Shown here: positions 1 through 21,072 of the stretch, in pieces
Numbering within the stretch: position 1 is the stretch's first letter
Layout of the letters: the number at the start of each line of letters is the position of its first letter
Origin: the human T2T-CHM13v2.0 reference genome, Homo sapiens
Length of the DNA: 64,000 nt
NCBI RefSeq assembly: GCF_009914755.1
Contig: NC_060935.1
Reading direction: 5' to 3' (one strand)
The notes under the pieces: generated by a model
The model's database searches: none
Told to the model about the DNA's origin: nothing
The model's input: the letters and a program-made list of their open reading frames with translations, nothing else
Position numbers and translations under genes: made by a program

Positions 1-623
1 CAGTCATATCATTGTAGCTGCATATAACTAGATTTGTGTTTGTTTGTTTGATTTTTTATATGTCAAACAAAACTTTAATAATGTCTTTAAAGCCTTTTAG
101 AAGGCATTTCTTCACTCTGAATAGTCCTGTGTTTAAAATTCAAGCTTAATTTTTCTCTGTACTGTAAATATTTCTCCAAATGGGTTTAAAACGGGGCACA
201 AAAGGATCAGTTCCATGAAGAAGGCAAAAATACTTTACCAGAATGCCATGCCAAATTGGATAGCACTCTCAAAGCAGATTAAAGTTGTTTCAAATGCTTC
301 AAAGAGGAAGACAAATCTAATCCCTCAAGCCTTCCTTTAAATCCATATTCCTTAATTTCAGAAAATTTCCCAAGTCTTTTAAAAGGCCCAAATATCATTT
401 TACAGTTTGGAAGTAGTCAAGAAGAACATTTCCAATTTTTGAGAACATTCTTCCTTCCTTAAAAAAGGGCTCAGTGAAGCTGGGTCTCCTTCATAAAGAA
501 ACCCGCCCCAGTGGACCATGACCCCCTTGTTTTAGGAGTAGAGTGGGACAGCCATCCTCGGGCCCTGGGTCTGGAGTTCGTGGCTAATGACTACCTGAAG
601 AATTCCTTGAAGAAGCAGAGTCA

Positions 624-921
<298 letters not shown>

Positions 922-1208
922 AAGCAGAGTCAGGCATTCTCCCTGTGATTTCTGGGCGAGATCTGCATGTCTGCCACTGTGTGGAAGAACGGCCAGTCCC
1001 TCCACTATGTAACACCAGTGGAAAGAAAGTTTCCAAATGAGAAGAAAAACAAGGCTGGGTGCAATAGAGACAAGTGAGACCATTTTCACAGCTTCAGAAA
1101 ACAGCTCTTCTGAAGTCACCTTCACCTGCTCAGAGAGGCAAACTCCCAGATTCTTCTCTTGCTGCCGTATCCACACAGCAGTTATAATAGACCCATTATA
1201 ATAATGAA

Positions 1209-1450
1209 TATTTATGGAGACTACCAATGTGCCCACACTGTGCCAAAGGTCTTACATGCAGTGTCTCTTTTATCCTCTCAATAGCCTGGAGGCAGATACA
1301 CTTCCTAGCCCTATTTTACAGATGAGGAAGTTGAAGTTGCAGATGGCTCATTAAGCTGCCAGTGTCATCGCTACTTAGTGGTTGTGTGAGACTCAAACTC
1401 AGATCTTCCTGACTCTGAAGTCTGTGCTTAACCAGAATGATGCGCTGCCT
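1209..1450 (-). mobile_element. MIR SINE
   Basis: MIR core CCCTATTTTACAGATGAGGAA and CAAACTCAGATCTTCCTGACTC. Confidence 0.75.
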
Positions 1451-3112
1451 AAATACAGTCTCGTGGCAGTGCAGGGATGGGCTCATGTTGAACACTTCTT
1501 TTGTACCTCCACTCTGGAATTTTGTTATAATTAACAATAGCTACCTGTGTCCCAGCTAAGTGTGCTGAGTGGTTTACATGCATGGTCTTCAGCAGGTTTA
1601 AATGGCATAAACCACCCTGACCCTGGAAACACTTTCTGCCTCCTCTGTCAGACTCTTTTCTCCTTTCTCTCCTATTTCCTTCCCTCTCTCCCTGCAGCTC
1701 GGAGACACTGGGTGCATTCTGGTTGCCATTTTACCTTGCCTCCAACCCAGCCTAAAATGCAAACCGTGTTGTCAATGAAAATAGGTATATCTTTTCTGCT
1801 GTTTTCTGTTTTAGTTTGAGGAGAAGTTACAAGTGTCCCTCTCTGCTCTCCATATTCAAGACATCTCCCTGTAGACACGGTGCCAGAACAGTGACCTCAG
1901 ACCACAGCTTGGACGCTGATTACAAGTAATCCAGCTCCAGAGGTGATAGAGTGTCCTTTCTTTAAAAAGGAGATAAAAATAGCGAAGAAACAACACTTTC
2001 CTTAGTTCTCTGAAAGGTTGGCATTCTTCCAGAGTAGACTTATGTACTTTTTGTACTTGGAGGAAAAAAAGAGATGGGATCTGGTCCAAGAATAGTCCTG
2101 CAAACAAGAGAAATATGGAGCAGGCAGCTGGAGCTGAGCATCCAAGTGGTACCACCAGCTGCAGGCCCATTAATTAACGATCCCTGGTATGTAGCGGTTC
2201 CCGTGACCTTGATTCTTGTTGAATTCACAGAGATAATTTTTACAGAGTCTCTACTTTTCTCACTGCGGTATATTTATCCAAGGAGTACCTTGCATATTTC
2301 CCCCCATCTCTCCAAGCAGTAAATTTATTCTAATTGCAAAGAGATACAGTAAAAGCCTGATTGAATACTTGGCAGTTTATAGAGATTTATTTCGGGAGCT
2401 TAAGGGGGTTTTTAGACTGTATGACTAGAGCAGGGTTGAGGGGAGCTGGGGAAAGGAGCCCAAGAGAAAATGTAGATTTAATGGATCTATAAAATGACCC
2501 TGCTGTAGATAAACGTTTGTTCCAAAGAAGTTTAAACAGCCTGACCCAAACCAGGGTCTGTGACAGCCAGTCCAACATGAGGTGTCTGTAGCATTGCACA
2601 TTTCTCCTCGGGTTTTCAGGTTTCCATATGAAATTTGTTATTCTTCAGGCAGAGATGAGGTGGAGGGGAGTAGAATCTGTTTTCCAGAGGGAAGAAAGCA
2701 TATTGAACCACATATTTCTTAGTACTAAAAGCTATGAAAAGAGGCAAAAGTAAACCTCCAGCACCTGCCCTTAAAATCACTCCGCCTTTTCTCTAACTCC
2801 CTTGAAGTTGAATTCTGAATTTTAAGCCTAGGATCTTGGAAGGCAGATCGTGAGAGTGAGAGCCTGCTCTTTATACCAGGAATTTTGAACAACAATGGGG
2901 AGACTTGCAAAGTCCACTTATCCCAGGCACTTCCAGCTGATAATGAGACAGAAGGACACTCTATCCCCTAACAGGGCCTTCTGCTAAGAATAGGCTTTGC
3001 ACGTACACACTACTGAACCTTTCCCCGAAAACCTTCTAGGCTTTTCATCCCATGAGTGACATTCATCTTTCTTGCAGCTGCCTTGCAAGTTCTTCTGAGG
3101 ATGAATTTTAGG

Positions 3113-4800
<1,688 letters not shown>

Positions 4801-5388
4801 GGCCAAGGAGAAAGCTCACAAAGAAGCAGAGCTATGCGGATGCTTGGGCGGGGATTCTCCAGCCTGTAGGAAAGGGTCTGCCACTATTGCCGCTGAACAC
4901 CAAGATGGACCAGAGAATCTGCGCAGGACAGCAACAATGCCTGCTGTGGTAACCCTGAGCCAAAGCAAAGCCCATGTTATGGGGTGGCAGGAACCAAGAG
5001 CCCTGCCGAGAAGGCTGACCTGCCAAAAGGAAAATGAGGTAGAGAAGCACGAGAAGCAAGACAGACAACGCAGTCACAGAGAGCAGAGCCTGGCCGTCAC
5101 ACCCACTGTCTCCAGCAGCCGCCCACAGGAGCCCACCCGGCACAGTCACCAGATGTGACCCAGGACTTGTATTCCGGCAATGACTCTTCCATTTTCCTCC
5201 CATAATTATTTCCAGCTCTTGCTCATACAATTGTTGGTCAGTCTTTCTGAGCTGCACTGACCTGTATGAAGTGCTGTGGATATCAAAGGACTCCCACCTA
5301 CCCCTATTTGCTTCCTGAGTTAGACCCTCTGCTTCTTCCTCTGATGCCTTGGAGGACCCAGAACTTCTCAAAAAAACTGCATGCTATT

Positions 5389-5485
5389 GTGAGCCGAGAT
5401 CGCGCCACTGAAATCCAGCCTGGGTGACAAAGCGAGACTCCGTCTCAAAACAAAACAAAACAAAACAAAACAAAAGAAAACACAG
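5389..5485 (+). mobile_element. 5'-truncated Alu (3' end only)
   Basis: GAGCCGAGATCGCGCCACTG...(CAAAA)n tail; TSD AACTGCATGCTAT. Confidence 0.9.
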
Positions 5486-5686
5486 AACTGCATGCTATCA
5501 GTAACATCCAGCATAACACTATCCCTTTTACTTCTTTGCAATAGGTCCAGTATTATCGTCCGTATCCCTTAGTCAGTTAGTCTGGGTCAAAACTGTTTGC
5601 CGGGACACCAAAGTGATGGCACAAAGGGAGGCCAGGGAAGAAAGGGAGGCCAGAAAAGAAGGGGAGGCCAGAGCAGAGTAAACACA

Positions 5687-5853
5687 AACCACATGGGACA
5701 CATTCAATTCCCATGCTGTAGTATCAGCTCATTGGCTGGAGGCAGTGGCAGTCCTGTTTCTTAATGGTTCCGTAAGCCATGTGGGACACATTCAATTTCC
5801 ATGGTGGAGCTCAGCTTATTGGCTGGAGGCAGTGGCAGACCTGTGCCTTAATG
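5687..5853. repeat. Tandem duplication of an ~80 bp unit (87 bp period), each with a reverse CCAAT box
   Basis: TGGGACACATTCAATT...ATTGGCTGGAGGCAGTGGCAG...TTAATG at 5687-5766 and 5774-5853. Confidence 0.9.
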
Positions 5854-6044
5854 CTCACTGGCTGAGAACAGGATCATCCCTTTGCTCTAACTCTCACTGG
5901 CTGAGAACAAATGATGACGCTCAGAAGCTGGGGAAAACCTGTATGGACATATAGAGGATTTTTATTTTGAAAAATATTTCAGATACGAATGATGTTGTAA
6001 TGAATTGGGATTGAGGTTAATATTGAATACTAAAAGTGTTTCTT

Positions 6045-6210
6045 GCCAGGCAAGGTGGCTCATGCCTATAATCCCAGCACTTTGGGATGCTGGGGTTGGA
6101 GGACTGCTTGAGGCCAGGAGTTCGAGGCTGCAGCGGCTATGACTGTGCCACTGCACTCCAGGGTTGGCCACAGTGTGAGATCTTGGTCTAAAAAAAAACA
6201 AACAAAAAAT
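6045..6210 (+). mobile_element. Alu monomer (FRAM-like)
   Basis: Single right-arm-type monomer with A tail. Confidence 0.8.
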
Positions 6211-6305
6211 GTGTTTATTTTAAAAGTATCCCCTTTACTTAAATTAGCTTAAGAGACTTTCTGTTCCTTTGCCACCAAACAATCTTTTGCAAATAGTATG
6301 CCACC

Positions 6306-7139
<834 letters not shown>

Positions 7140-7372
7140 TGACCCATCTCTGATCCCTAGCAGTGATTGCCTTGAGGGCTATATTGCAAAGGATTCTGAA
7201 GCCACATCCAGATTCAACAGGAAAGAACACCCTTATAAACTAGTAATGTCTGCTCTGAGCACAAAAACGAGCAGCAACCTGTGCCACATATTTGCTATTC
7301 TTGTAATAGAAGTTTGGTTTGTGTTTATTGGATGAATGAAAAAGTGACAAATCTTGCCAATTTTGCCATTAA

Positions 7373-8467
<1,095 letters not shown>

Positions 8468-8601
8468 TGTTTTGTATTTTTAGTAAAGACAGCGTTTCAC
8501 CATGTTGGCCAAGGTGGTTTCGAACTCCTGACCTCAAGTGATCTGTCCGCCTTGGCCTCCTAAAGTGCTGGGATTACAGGTGTGAGCCACTGCACCTGGC
8601 C
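8468..8601 (-). mobile_element. Alu left monomer, followed by a third copy of the AAACTGTGTTCT flank
   Basis: Starts at the Alu linker (TTTTGTATTTTTAGTA); AAACTGTGTTCT at 8603-8614. Confidence 0.9.
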
Positions 8602-9704
8602 CAAACTGTGTTCTAATAGGATTGTTGGTCTCAACCAGGGAGGCTGAACAAATGTTCATTTCTAGCACATCTGACTTAGAGAGCCCAGTATTGTGCTGGG
8701 CAGTGGGGCACACAGGGAACCAAACCCACTTTCTGCCCTTCAGGAGTTCTGATGGGAAATAGACTTATAAATATCTATATTTGAAAATGGTAAGTTCATT
8801 TTGTGAAAGTATTATAGAAGCAGAATAACCATAGTTTGGGGTGTTGAGGGTTTGTTAGACGCTAACCAGGGGAAAGAGTGCAGACAGGACTTTCCAGGTG
8901 GAGGAAACACTGGCAGAAGTAAGGAGAGGTGAGGAAACGCTGCTCCTTGGCTGCCTGGGTTTGTCTCAGCTCCGCATCTTCTCTTTGTGTTTGGCTTTCT
9001 CCCAAGGAGGAACACTGAGGCACCAAGAGAGACCCTCAGAAACTCCAGGTTCAAGCCTCCTATTCTTCTTTTCCACATTGATGGGGAAGGTATCCACGTG
9101 TTTTGAAGCCAGAAAAAAATAGTACTTTACAATAAAGGGAGAAAAGGTTTAGAAGGGTTAGAAAATGGAAAATTGGGGCACAGAGCCAGTGATAAGTCAG
9201 TTTTATATTGCACATAGCGATTGCTCCTGGAGTCATCACAGGAGTGTTTATAATCAGGATAAATCAACGCTTTGGATGAATTCCTGTGATTCTTCTGTTT
9301 CTGGAAAGCCAGATTACCTCTGTCTTCTGAAGATCTGCAAGAGATTTGTCCTCACATGGAAGAGACCTGAGAGTAGGGCTGATATGCAAAATATTTAACC
9401 ACTGTACCGTGCATACCTGACCAATCAGAAACCACACAGTCTGGAGACACTGGAGACGGCCAGCCCAAGTGTGTACAGGCTGAATCCCAAACCTGTCTTT
9501 GAGACCATCATATTCAACCCTCTGTTTTGCAGAAGAGATCCCAAGTTTCCTGGGATCACCATCTAGCCCTCTCCACTGCAACCCGTAGCCTCAAAGTCCA
9601 TGTAAGAGAAGTGCAGGACCTGATTAGGTCTACCCCAGACTTGATTCACATCCAAGGCTGCCTGTGGAGAGGATGTCTTATTCTTTAATTGTTTATTTAA
9701 AAAA

Positions 9705-10072
<368 letters not shown>

Positions 10073-10162
10073 TAAATAAGCCTGCCATTTGTCTGCAAGA
10101 CTGGGTTATAGAACATATTATGAAGGATGCAAGGGAATAGTCAGTTTAAAACAAAAGGCTCA

Positions 10163-10485
<323 letters not shown>

Positions 10486-11307
10486 TTAAAATTTTTATTT
10501 TTAGAGACAGGGTCTCATTCTGTCACACAGGCTGGAGTGCAGTGGCACAATCTTAGCTCATTGCACACTCCAACTCTGAAATGTCATTATTATATATTCC
10601 ACAAATCAACCTAAGTCTGACTCTAAGTCCTCATCCTGCCAGGCTCTTGAGAAAGTTAACCGTCTACCTCCCTTCTCTCCAGTCCACAGGCTAGTGCAGA
10701 AGTCCAGAGGTTTTATATAACATAAAGCCCTGCTTTGCCATCGTCATTCATTTAGCTAACAAATGTATTGAATTCTTACCACATGTCAGGCCCTGCTCTA
10801 GGAGCTGATTATTAGCGATGTACAAAAAGAGGTGAAATCTGTGCCTCTCCTCCAGGCTGAGCAGGCACTTTTGTACCTCGCCTAGGGCCAGGGAAGGACT
10901 CTTTGGGGAGGCTGGCCTTAGGCCTCTGTGGGAGCACATGCAGCCTCTCCCCACTAGGTGCTGTCCATCCAGCCACTGTTCAGAAGCAGGCAGCAGATCC
11001 CATCTAGAGGAATCTGCACTCTTCCCTGACCAGGTTTCGCTTCTCCTAAACTCATCTCCTCAAAACCATCCTCCCTTGGCCCTCCCTCTGCAGAACACCC
11101 CTTGTGGTGCTCCAACATGGAAAACTATTTTTTTTATGATAGTAAATGCTATGTCTATTTCTTGTTGTAACACATATATCAGAATACTCAGAACAAAATT
11201 GTTTGATATTGTATTCAAAATTTTAAATTGTGGTAAAATATACACAACATAAAATGTACCCCCTGAACACTGTTGGGTGTTCAGTGGCATTAAATATCAA
11301 GGGCAAA

Positions 11308-11765
11308 ATTTTTTTTTTTGAGTCAGAATCTCACTCTGTCACCCAGGCTAGAGTGTGGTGGTGGGATCTCAACTCACTGCAGCCTCCATCTCCTAGGTTC
11401 AAGCAATTCTCATGCCTCAGCCTCCTGAGTAGCTGGGAGCACAGGTGCGCACCACCACACCCAGCTAATTTTTTTATATTTTTAGTAGAAATGGGGTTTC
11501 ATCATGTTGGCCAGGCTGGTCTCAATCTCCTGACCTCATGATGCACCCTCCTTGGCCTCCAAAAGTGCTGGGATTACAGGCGTGAGCCACCGCACCCGGC
11601 TCTCTGTCTCTCTCTCCCTTTTTTTTTTCTTTCTTTTTTTTTTTTTTAAGAGACAGGCTCTCACCATCTTGGTCAGGCTGGTCTTGAACTCCTGGGCTCA
11701 AGCGATCCACCCATCTTTGCCTCCCAAAGTGTTGGGATTACAGGCATGAGCCACCTTTCCTGGCC
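11308..11765 (-). mobile_element. AluS (11308-11601) plus FLAM-like monomer (11620-11765)
   Basis: Two adjacent antisense Alu units, each starting with poly-T. Confidence 0.9.
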
Positions 11766-11896
11766 CCAGCCTGTTTTGCAGGAAGACGTGACAAAGCCTG
11801 GATGTCTGTCTGAAATGAAGAGAAAGAAAATTTAATATTTCAGTCAACCATCCGCCACATAAACATCCTAGCTATCCAAACAAGTAAAAGTATAGA

Positions 11897-12201
11897 ATTT
11901 TTTTTTTTTTTTTTTTTTTTGAGACACCGTCTCGCTCTGTCACCCAGGCTGGAGTGCAGTGGCGCAATCTCGGCTCACTGCAAACTCCACCTCTAGGGTT
12001 CATGCCATTCTCCTGCCTCAGCCTCCCGAGTAGCTAGGACTACAGGCGCCCGCCACCATGCCCGACTAACTTTTTGTATTTTTAGTAGAGATGGCGTTTC
12101 ACCGTGTTAGCCAGGATGGTCTCGATCTCCTGACCTCGTGATCCACCCGCCTTGGCCTCCCAAAGTGCTGGGATTACAGGCGTGAGCCACTGCGCCCAGC
12201 C
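11897..12201 (-). mobile_element. AluY
   Basis: TTCATGCCATTCTCC and CCGTGTTAGCCAGGATGG; TSD AAAGTRYAGAA. Confidence 0.93.
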
Positions 12202-12654
12202 AAAGTGCAGAACTGTTTATTCCAAATTCCCACTCCACACATTTAGTAAAGACATAATTGTGTGCACGTTCTATGGCTGGGCCTCAGGAGACCCTTGAAG
12301 GCTTCAGTAGTTGATCTGGTCCCTGACCACCTTCTGTTCAGAGTCCGGTTCCCTTTTCCTCATCTCCTGAACAGCCTCAAGCTCCAACACACCCAAGCCT
12401 GATGCCTATGCTGGGTACCACCTCAGCCAGATAAAGAAGATGCTCCCTGACAAGCCTATATTGGGTAAGGCATCGTCAATCAGGGTCTAAGGATTATTTG
12501 GGAGTTTCTATACTGTAACTGGAGTCACTGGGACTAAAAAGCCTCCAAGACATAGGGGAATGGATCTGTAAGGATGACATTTCATTTATTGTGACAGGAT
12601 AAGACTTTTGGATAGAAGGGTAGTTTTGTGTTTCACTGTCTTATCCTGTGATGA

Positions 12655-13330
<676 letters not shown>

Positions 13331-13500
13331 GATTTATCCTGCAATTAAAAAAAAAGTGACTTTGTAGCTCCCTCTGCAATCTTATCTTCCGTAAATGGTG
13401 TAAACAGTTACTGCTGTGCAAGGACTCTGATTTCTGACTTCTTCCATGAGTTCTGTTTTCATATATCCAACTCGTTGCTGGATACTTCCATCAGGATATA

Positions 13501-13828
13501 CAGTCAGCTCTCTGTATCCCTGGGATCTGCATTTGTGGATTCAACCAACTGCAGATCAAAGATATTTGGAAAAAAAACAATAAAAAGCTATGACAATTTA
13601 AAATAATACAAGTTTTTAAAAATGCAATGTAACAATTATTTATATAGCATTTACATTGTATTAGGTATTGTAAGTAATATAGAGATGATTTAAGGTATAT
13701 GGGAGGATGTGCCTAGGTTATATGCAAATAAGATACCATTTTATACAAGGAACTTTGATATATAAAGGATTTAGATATCTGCTGTGGGTCCTGGAATAAA
13801 TCCCCTATGGATACCAAAGGACAACTGT
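13501..13828 (-). mobile_element. MER2 (Tc-mariner/Tigger MITE) inside an L2 remnant
   Basis: TIRs CAGTCAGCTCTCTGTATCC / GGATACCAAAGGACAACTG, TA on both sides. Confidence 0.85.
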
Positions 13829-14250
13829 ACTCATAGAATCTCAAATTCAATGTATATACAACCAAAGATATCATCTTTTTCCTCACACCAAGTACTCTTT
13901 CTGATATTTCTGTTAATGGCACCATTCTCCATTGCCTTCATGTTTACAACCTTCATATGATCCCTGGGTCTTTCCTTTCCCTTGATTCCAATATCTGGAT
14001 AATTGGAACATTCTACCGACTCGACCTCCATAAGACCTCTCAATCCATTCCTTCCTTTTAATCTCTACTATTAGTCATATGGTTCTGGCCCTCCTGAGCT
14101 CCTGCCTGGAAAGTAGCCTCCAAGTTGATTTATTCACATTGGTGCCTGGTCTTCCCACTATAGTCTAAATCAGTCTTCCTAAGTACATTTTCAATTATGT
14201 TACTAAATAGTAGGCTGCTTGAAGGCATGGACTGCATTTTATTCATTTTT

Positions 14251-16240
<1,990 letters not shown>

Positions 16241-16549
16241 CTAATGCCTAACATAGTACCTGGTACATGGTAGATATTCAGTAAAGGCTGGATTGAATTT
16301 ATGTTACCTTCCGGCTGAAAAATGTTCAATGGCCTTGTATTCACTACTGAATGAAGTTTCCCCCTGGCATTTAGAGCCCTCCATGGTACAGTTGCCATTT
16401 AACTTTCTGTTCTTTTTTGCCATTAAAACTGTATTTGCAGAGCAAAACAGAACGACTTTCTTTTCTGCAAACATTCTTTCCTACCTCACTATCTTTGCTG
16501 GTACTTTTCTTCCTTTTTGGAAGGCACAAGTATTAAAATTCTAGTAATT

Positions 16550-16826
16550 CTTTTTTTGTTATTTTTTTTGAGACGGAGTTTCACTCTTGTTGTCTAGGCT
16601 GGAGTGCAATGGGGTGATCTCAGCTCACTAGAAAAAACCACCTCTCAGGTTCAAGTGATTCTCCTGCCTCAGCCTCCTGAGTAGCTGGGATTACGATGCC
16701 CGCCACCATGCCCAGCTAATTTTTGTATTTTTAGTAGAGACAGGGTTTCATCGTGTTGGCCAGGCTTATCTTGAACTCTTGAGCTCAGGTGATCCACCCG
16801 GCTCGGCCTCCCAAAGTGTTGGGATT
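16550..16826 (-). mobile_element. AluS, head truncated
   Basis: Antisense Alu ending at GTGTTGGGATT. Confidence 0.88.
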
Positions 16827-17449
16827 TCTTTGGGAGTAACCAATACTGTAGAAGCCAATGACTTAGTTGAAAGTGCCCAAGGCTGGGTGTCAACACCTTG
16901 GATTCTGGCTCTGTTACAAGCTAACCACATAGTTAGTTTTAAGTCATTTATTCTCAGGTTCCTTATTTGTGATATCAGCAGCAGGCAGCCCCTTTTGACT
17001 CTGAAATTCTATGAATTAAAGGGCCTTGCCTCTTACATTCAGGCATTCAGTGATTTCACATATATTAAATTCCTACTATATGGCAGTGTGCAAAAGGCTG
17101 GGCATATAGTGGTAAGCAAGCTTGCCATAGTTACTGCTTCATGGAGCTGCCAGTTGAGAATAATTTTCTACAGCCCACGATCAGAACACCGTTTTGATTT
17201 CCAGCATCAAATTTCTTCTGGTTAAAAATTGGTAATTTGCCATCGCATTCATTATGTGTTTCAAGTTGTGAAATGAACCTTTAAAATCTAAACATATGGT
17301 CTATCTAGGCTTATGATTCTGTTTCACCAAAGAGTTCCACTGTAAGAATAAAAAATTTAATGTGCTCACTTAGGTGCATCTAGTTTTTAAATTTCATCTT
17401 TAACTTTATTTGTAAAGATTCAGTCCTCTACAATTTAAAAAGCAAATTC

Positions 17450-17685
17450 TAATGATAGGGCATCAACTGAGAGCTATTATGGGCAGGCTCGGTTCTAAGC
17501 ATTTTGCATGTAATATTACCTCATTTAATCCTCAGAATAACCACAAGAGCCAAGTGATAATACCATTTCCATTTTGTAGAAGTTAAATAACTTGCCCAAA
17601 GTCACACAGCTGGTGAAGCTGGGCTTTGACCACAGGCATTATATCTCCCGAGTCTGTGCGCTAAGCTCCAATATTAAACTACTAC
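17450..17685 (-). mobile_element. MIR
   Basis: CTCATTTAATCCTCA...AACTTGCCCAAAGTCACACAGC core. Confidence 0.75.
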
Positions 17686-18687
17686 TATTGTTAATAATTA
17701 ATTAAATGTTGTTCAGTAGATTTTCTGCTGGAAATGTAAGGGTTAACAACTCTGAAGAGCTGAACAATCATATGGGATTTTTAAATGTCTCTAACTCCAG
17801 CCAGGTAGTGTACAAAGGAGGTAATGAAAAATTAAAAGCTTTTTTTTTGGCTGAGAACTAATCTTCAAGGTTATGGATATATCTATATGCCAGAGAATAT
17901 TGCACTTTAGATAATAAGTAACTATAAAATTCGTGGTACTGTTTTAAACCCGACAGCTCCATATGTCTGATGTGTTTTCTGAAAGTATTTCAAAGATAAG
18001 ACTTTACTCTCAAATCTGAAATAGGTTATTTAAAGATTTCCAACACTGTACAGTATTTATGTAATTGGATCAAATATATGGGGGAAAACTATAGTACTAA
18101 GAGTAGAAGAGTATTTTAATCATAAAAATATCTTCCTGTCAAAGAGAAACAAAATATAGTCAAGGAAATGCAAACCACACCATGTCAGTGAGAATTCTTG
18201 GCATTTCATTTTAGAAGCCATTTTGCATGGAAATGAATAAAATATAAACACAGTACTTTATCTTGGATATGACAAGAAACTTCAAGATTGTAATGTGCAT
18301 TAAGATAACATTCCAAACCTATCCTTTCAAGTTTTCAGCCAAGAATTTGTTTTTATAATTTCTTTGCAGTTGGCAAACAGCTAACCTCCACTTGAGATAT
18401 CAATTTTCATGCTTATGATCCCAATCCCATTGTGTGTAACTATTAACTTGCTGTGTGACCTTGACTAAATCACTCCCCTCCACCCCAACTCAAATGAAGA
18501 GGTTAGATCTCTCAGTCTCCTTCCAGTCTTAAAATTCTGTGATTCTAGTCTCTAGATTATGACATACGCCATAAAAAATACTATGGAGATTGAATTTTTA
18601 AAACTTGGGCTATTTAAACATTTTGTAAATGACCAAGCATCAGCTATGAAGAGAATATAAACTGTGGCATCCAGGGTCTGCCGGTGA

Positions 18688-19045
<358 letters not shown>

Positions 19046-19213
19046 GCACTTTCTGTAGTTTACAGAAACAGTAGTCCATCCACGTGCTTCTTAGACTGCC
19101 TGACATAGTGGGGTCTGAGAGATTCAGGACAAAAAGAGCAGTGATCACACCCCCCATGGTCCGTGAGCTTACTTTAAACACCTTCCTCCTAAGCTGCAGG
19201 GGGATATGGACCC

Positions 19214-19619
19214 TGTGATACACTGCTCACATTCCCCTGTGAGACTGATGCGCTGTTCCTGCAGCTGCTAGGAGCCTTGGCAATTAAGAGCCTCGCTGGA
19301 GCTAGCCCTTGGTTGAAAGGAGCTGCTTTGCCCAAAGCCACATACCCTTCTGGGGCAGCCTGCATCCAAGGACTGAAGATTCAGTGGAAGGGTTGGTTAA
19401 CCATTGGCCTCTTGTCCCAATGGGTCCAACTCTGAAGGGTCACGCCCGTGCCAGAGCTCCTGCAAGGTAGGCCGAGGCCTTCATTGCTGCTGCTCCTACC
19501 ACATTGCAGCTCAGCGTTTCCCTCCGGCCACAGGTGTTGCCCGGAGCACTCCCCACTAAACTCCCTGCACAGAGATCCCTGTCTCACAGTCTGCTTCTTG
19601 GGGATCCGGACCTGCCACA
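19214..19619 (+). mobile_element. LTR16-family ERVL solo LTR
   Basis: TGTGATACACTGCTCA start; ACAGGTGTTG...CACTCCCCACTAAACTCCCTGCAC...GTCTGCTTC near the end. Confidence 0.7.
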
Positions 19620-19774
19620 GAGACATACGGACCTGAGTTCCAGATTAACCTCTGCTTATTTCTAGCTGTGGGGCTTGAAGTAAATTCCTCCTTCAACAAA
19701 ATGGGAATAACAATAACTACCTCATAGAATTTCTTATTATAAGGAAATCACTCCAAAGCACATAGTAGATGATT

Positions 19775-20030
19775 CATAACAATAAGTTAACATGTGTCAA
19801 GGCATACTTCACATTTATTATGTGTCATGCACTGTTTTAAGTACTTTACTACACAAGAAGTAAAGAAGTGTGAAGAAGATAATATCCCTATTGTGCAGAT
19901 GAGAAACAAGTACAGAGAAGTTAAGTAGCTTCCCCAAGGTCACACAGCCAATCAGATGTAGTCAAGAATTCAAACCCAGGCAGCCAGACTGCAGAGTCAG
20001 TGTTCATAGTTAAAACTCTGCTGCATCTCA
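19775..20030 (-). mobile_element. MIR
   Basis: CAGATGAGAAAC...CCCAAGGTCACACAGC...TTCAAACCCAGGCAG. Confidence 0.75.
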
Positions 20031-20129
20031 TTGGTGAAGAAAAACTAAAAAAAAATTTGGATGATGATAAACAAAAGCCCAATAATGTCACCTTATTTCA
20101 GAAGTAGCTTTAAAACAAGGCAGGTATAA

Positions 20130-20465
<336 letters not shown>

Positions 20466-20557
20466 CTATGTTCCCATAGTTGATATTTTTGTATTGCTAT
20501 AGGTTATGCTAATTTTTTGCTACAAATCAACCCTTTTTCATCAAGAGGATGGGTGAG

Positions 20558-20855
20558 GGCCAGGCGCAGTGGCTCATGCCTGTAATCCTAGCACTTTGGG
20601 AGGCCGAGGCAGGCAGATCGCTTGAGGTCAGGAGTTCGAGAACAGTCTGACTAACATGGTGAAACCCTGTCTCTACTAAAAATACAAAAATTAGCCAGGA
20701 ATGGTAGTGGGTGCCTGTAGTCCCAGCTACTTGGGAGGCTAAGGCAGGAGAATCGCCTGAACCTGGGGGCGGAGGTTGCAGTGAGCTGAGATCATGCCAC
20801 TGCTCTCCAGCCTGGGCAACAAAGCGAGACTCAGTCTCAAAAAAACAAAAAAATG
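20558..20855 (+). mobile_element. AluS
   Basis: Full dimer with A tail. Confidence 0.92.
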
Positions 20856-21072
20856 CTGAGTGAAATAGTGGAAGGTTGGGTCCCTAATCTCATGCTGTAG
20901 TGGTCAGTCATTCCGTAAGATCATTTGTTTCTGTTGTTTGTTTCTATTTTAATGAAACATATACTCAGTTTCTTTTTAAATGAAATGTACTGAATATGAG
21001 GTCAATACGCAAAACAATGATGTATTTCACTATTAGGTATTATGTTTGTGTACTAACAGGGTTTAAGTTACA

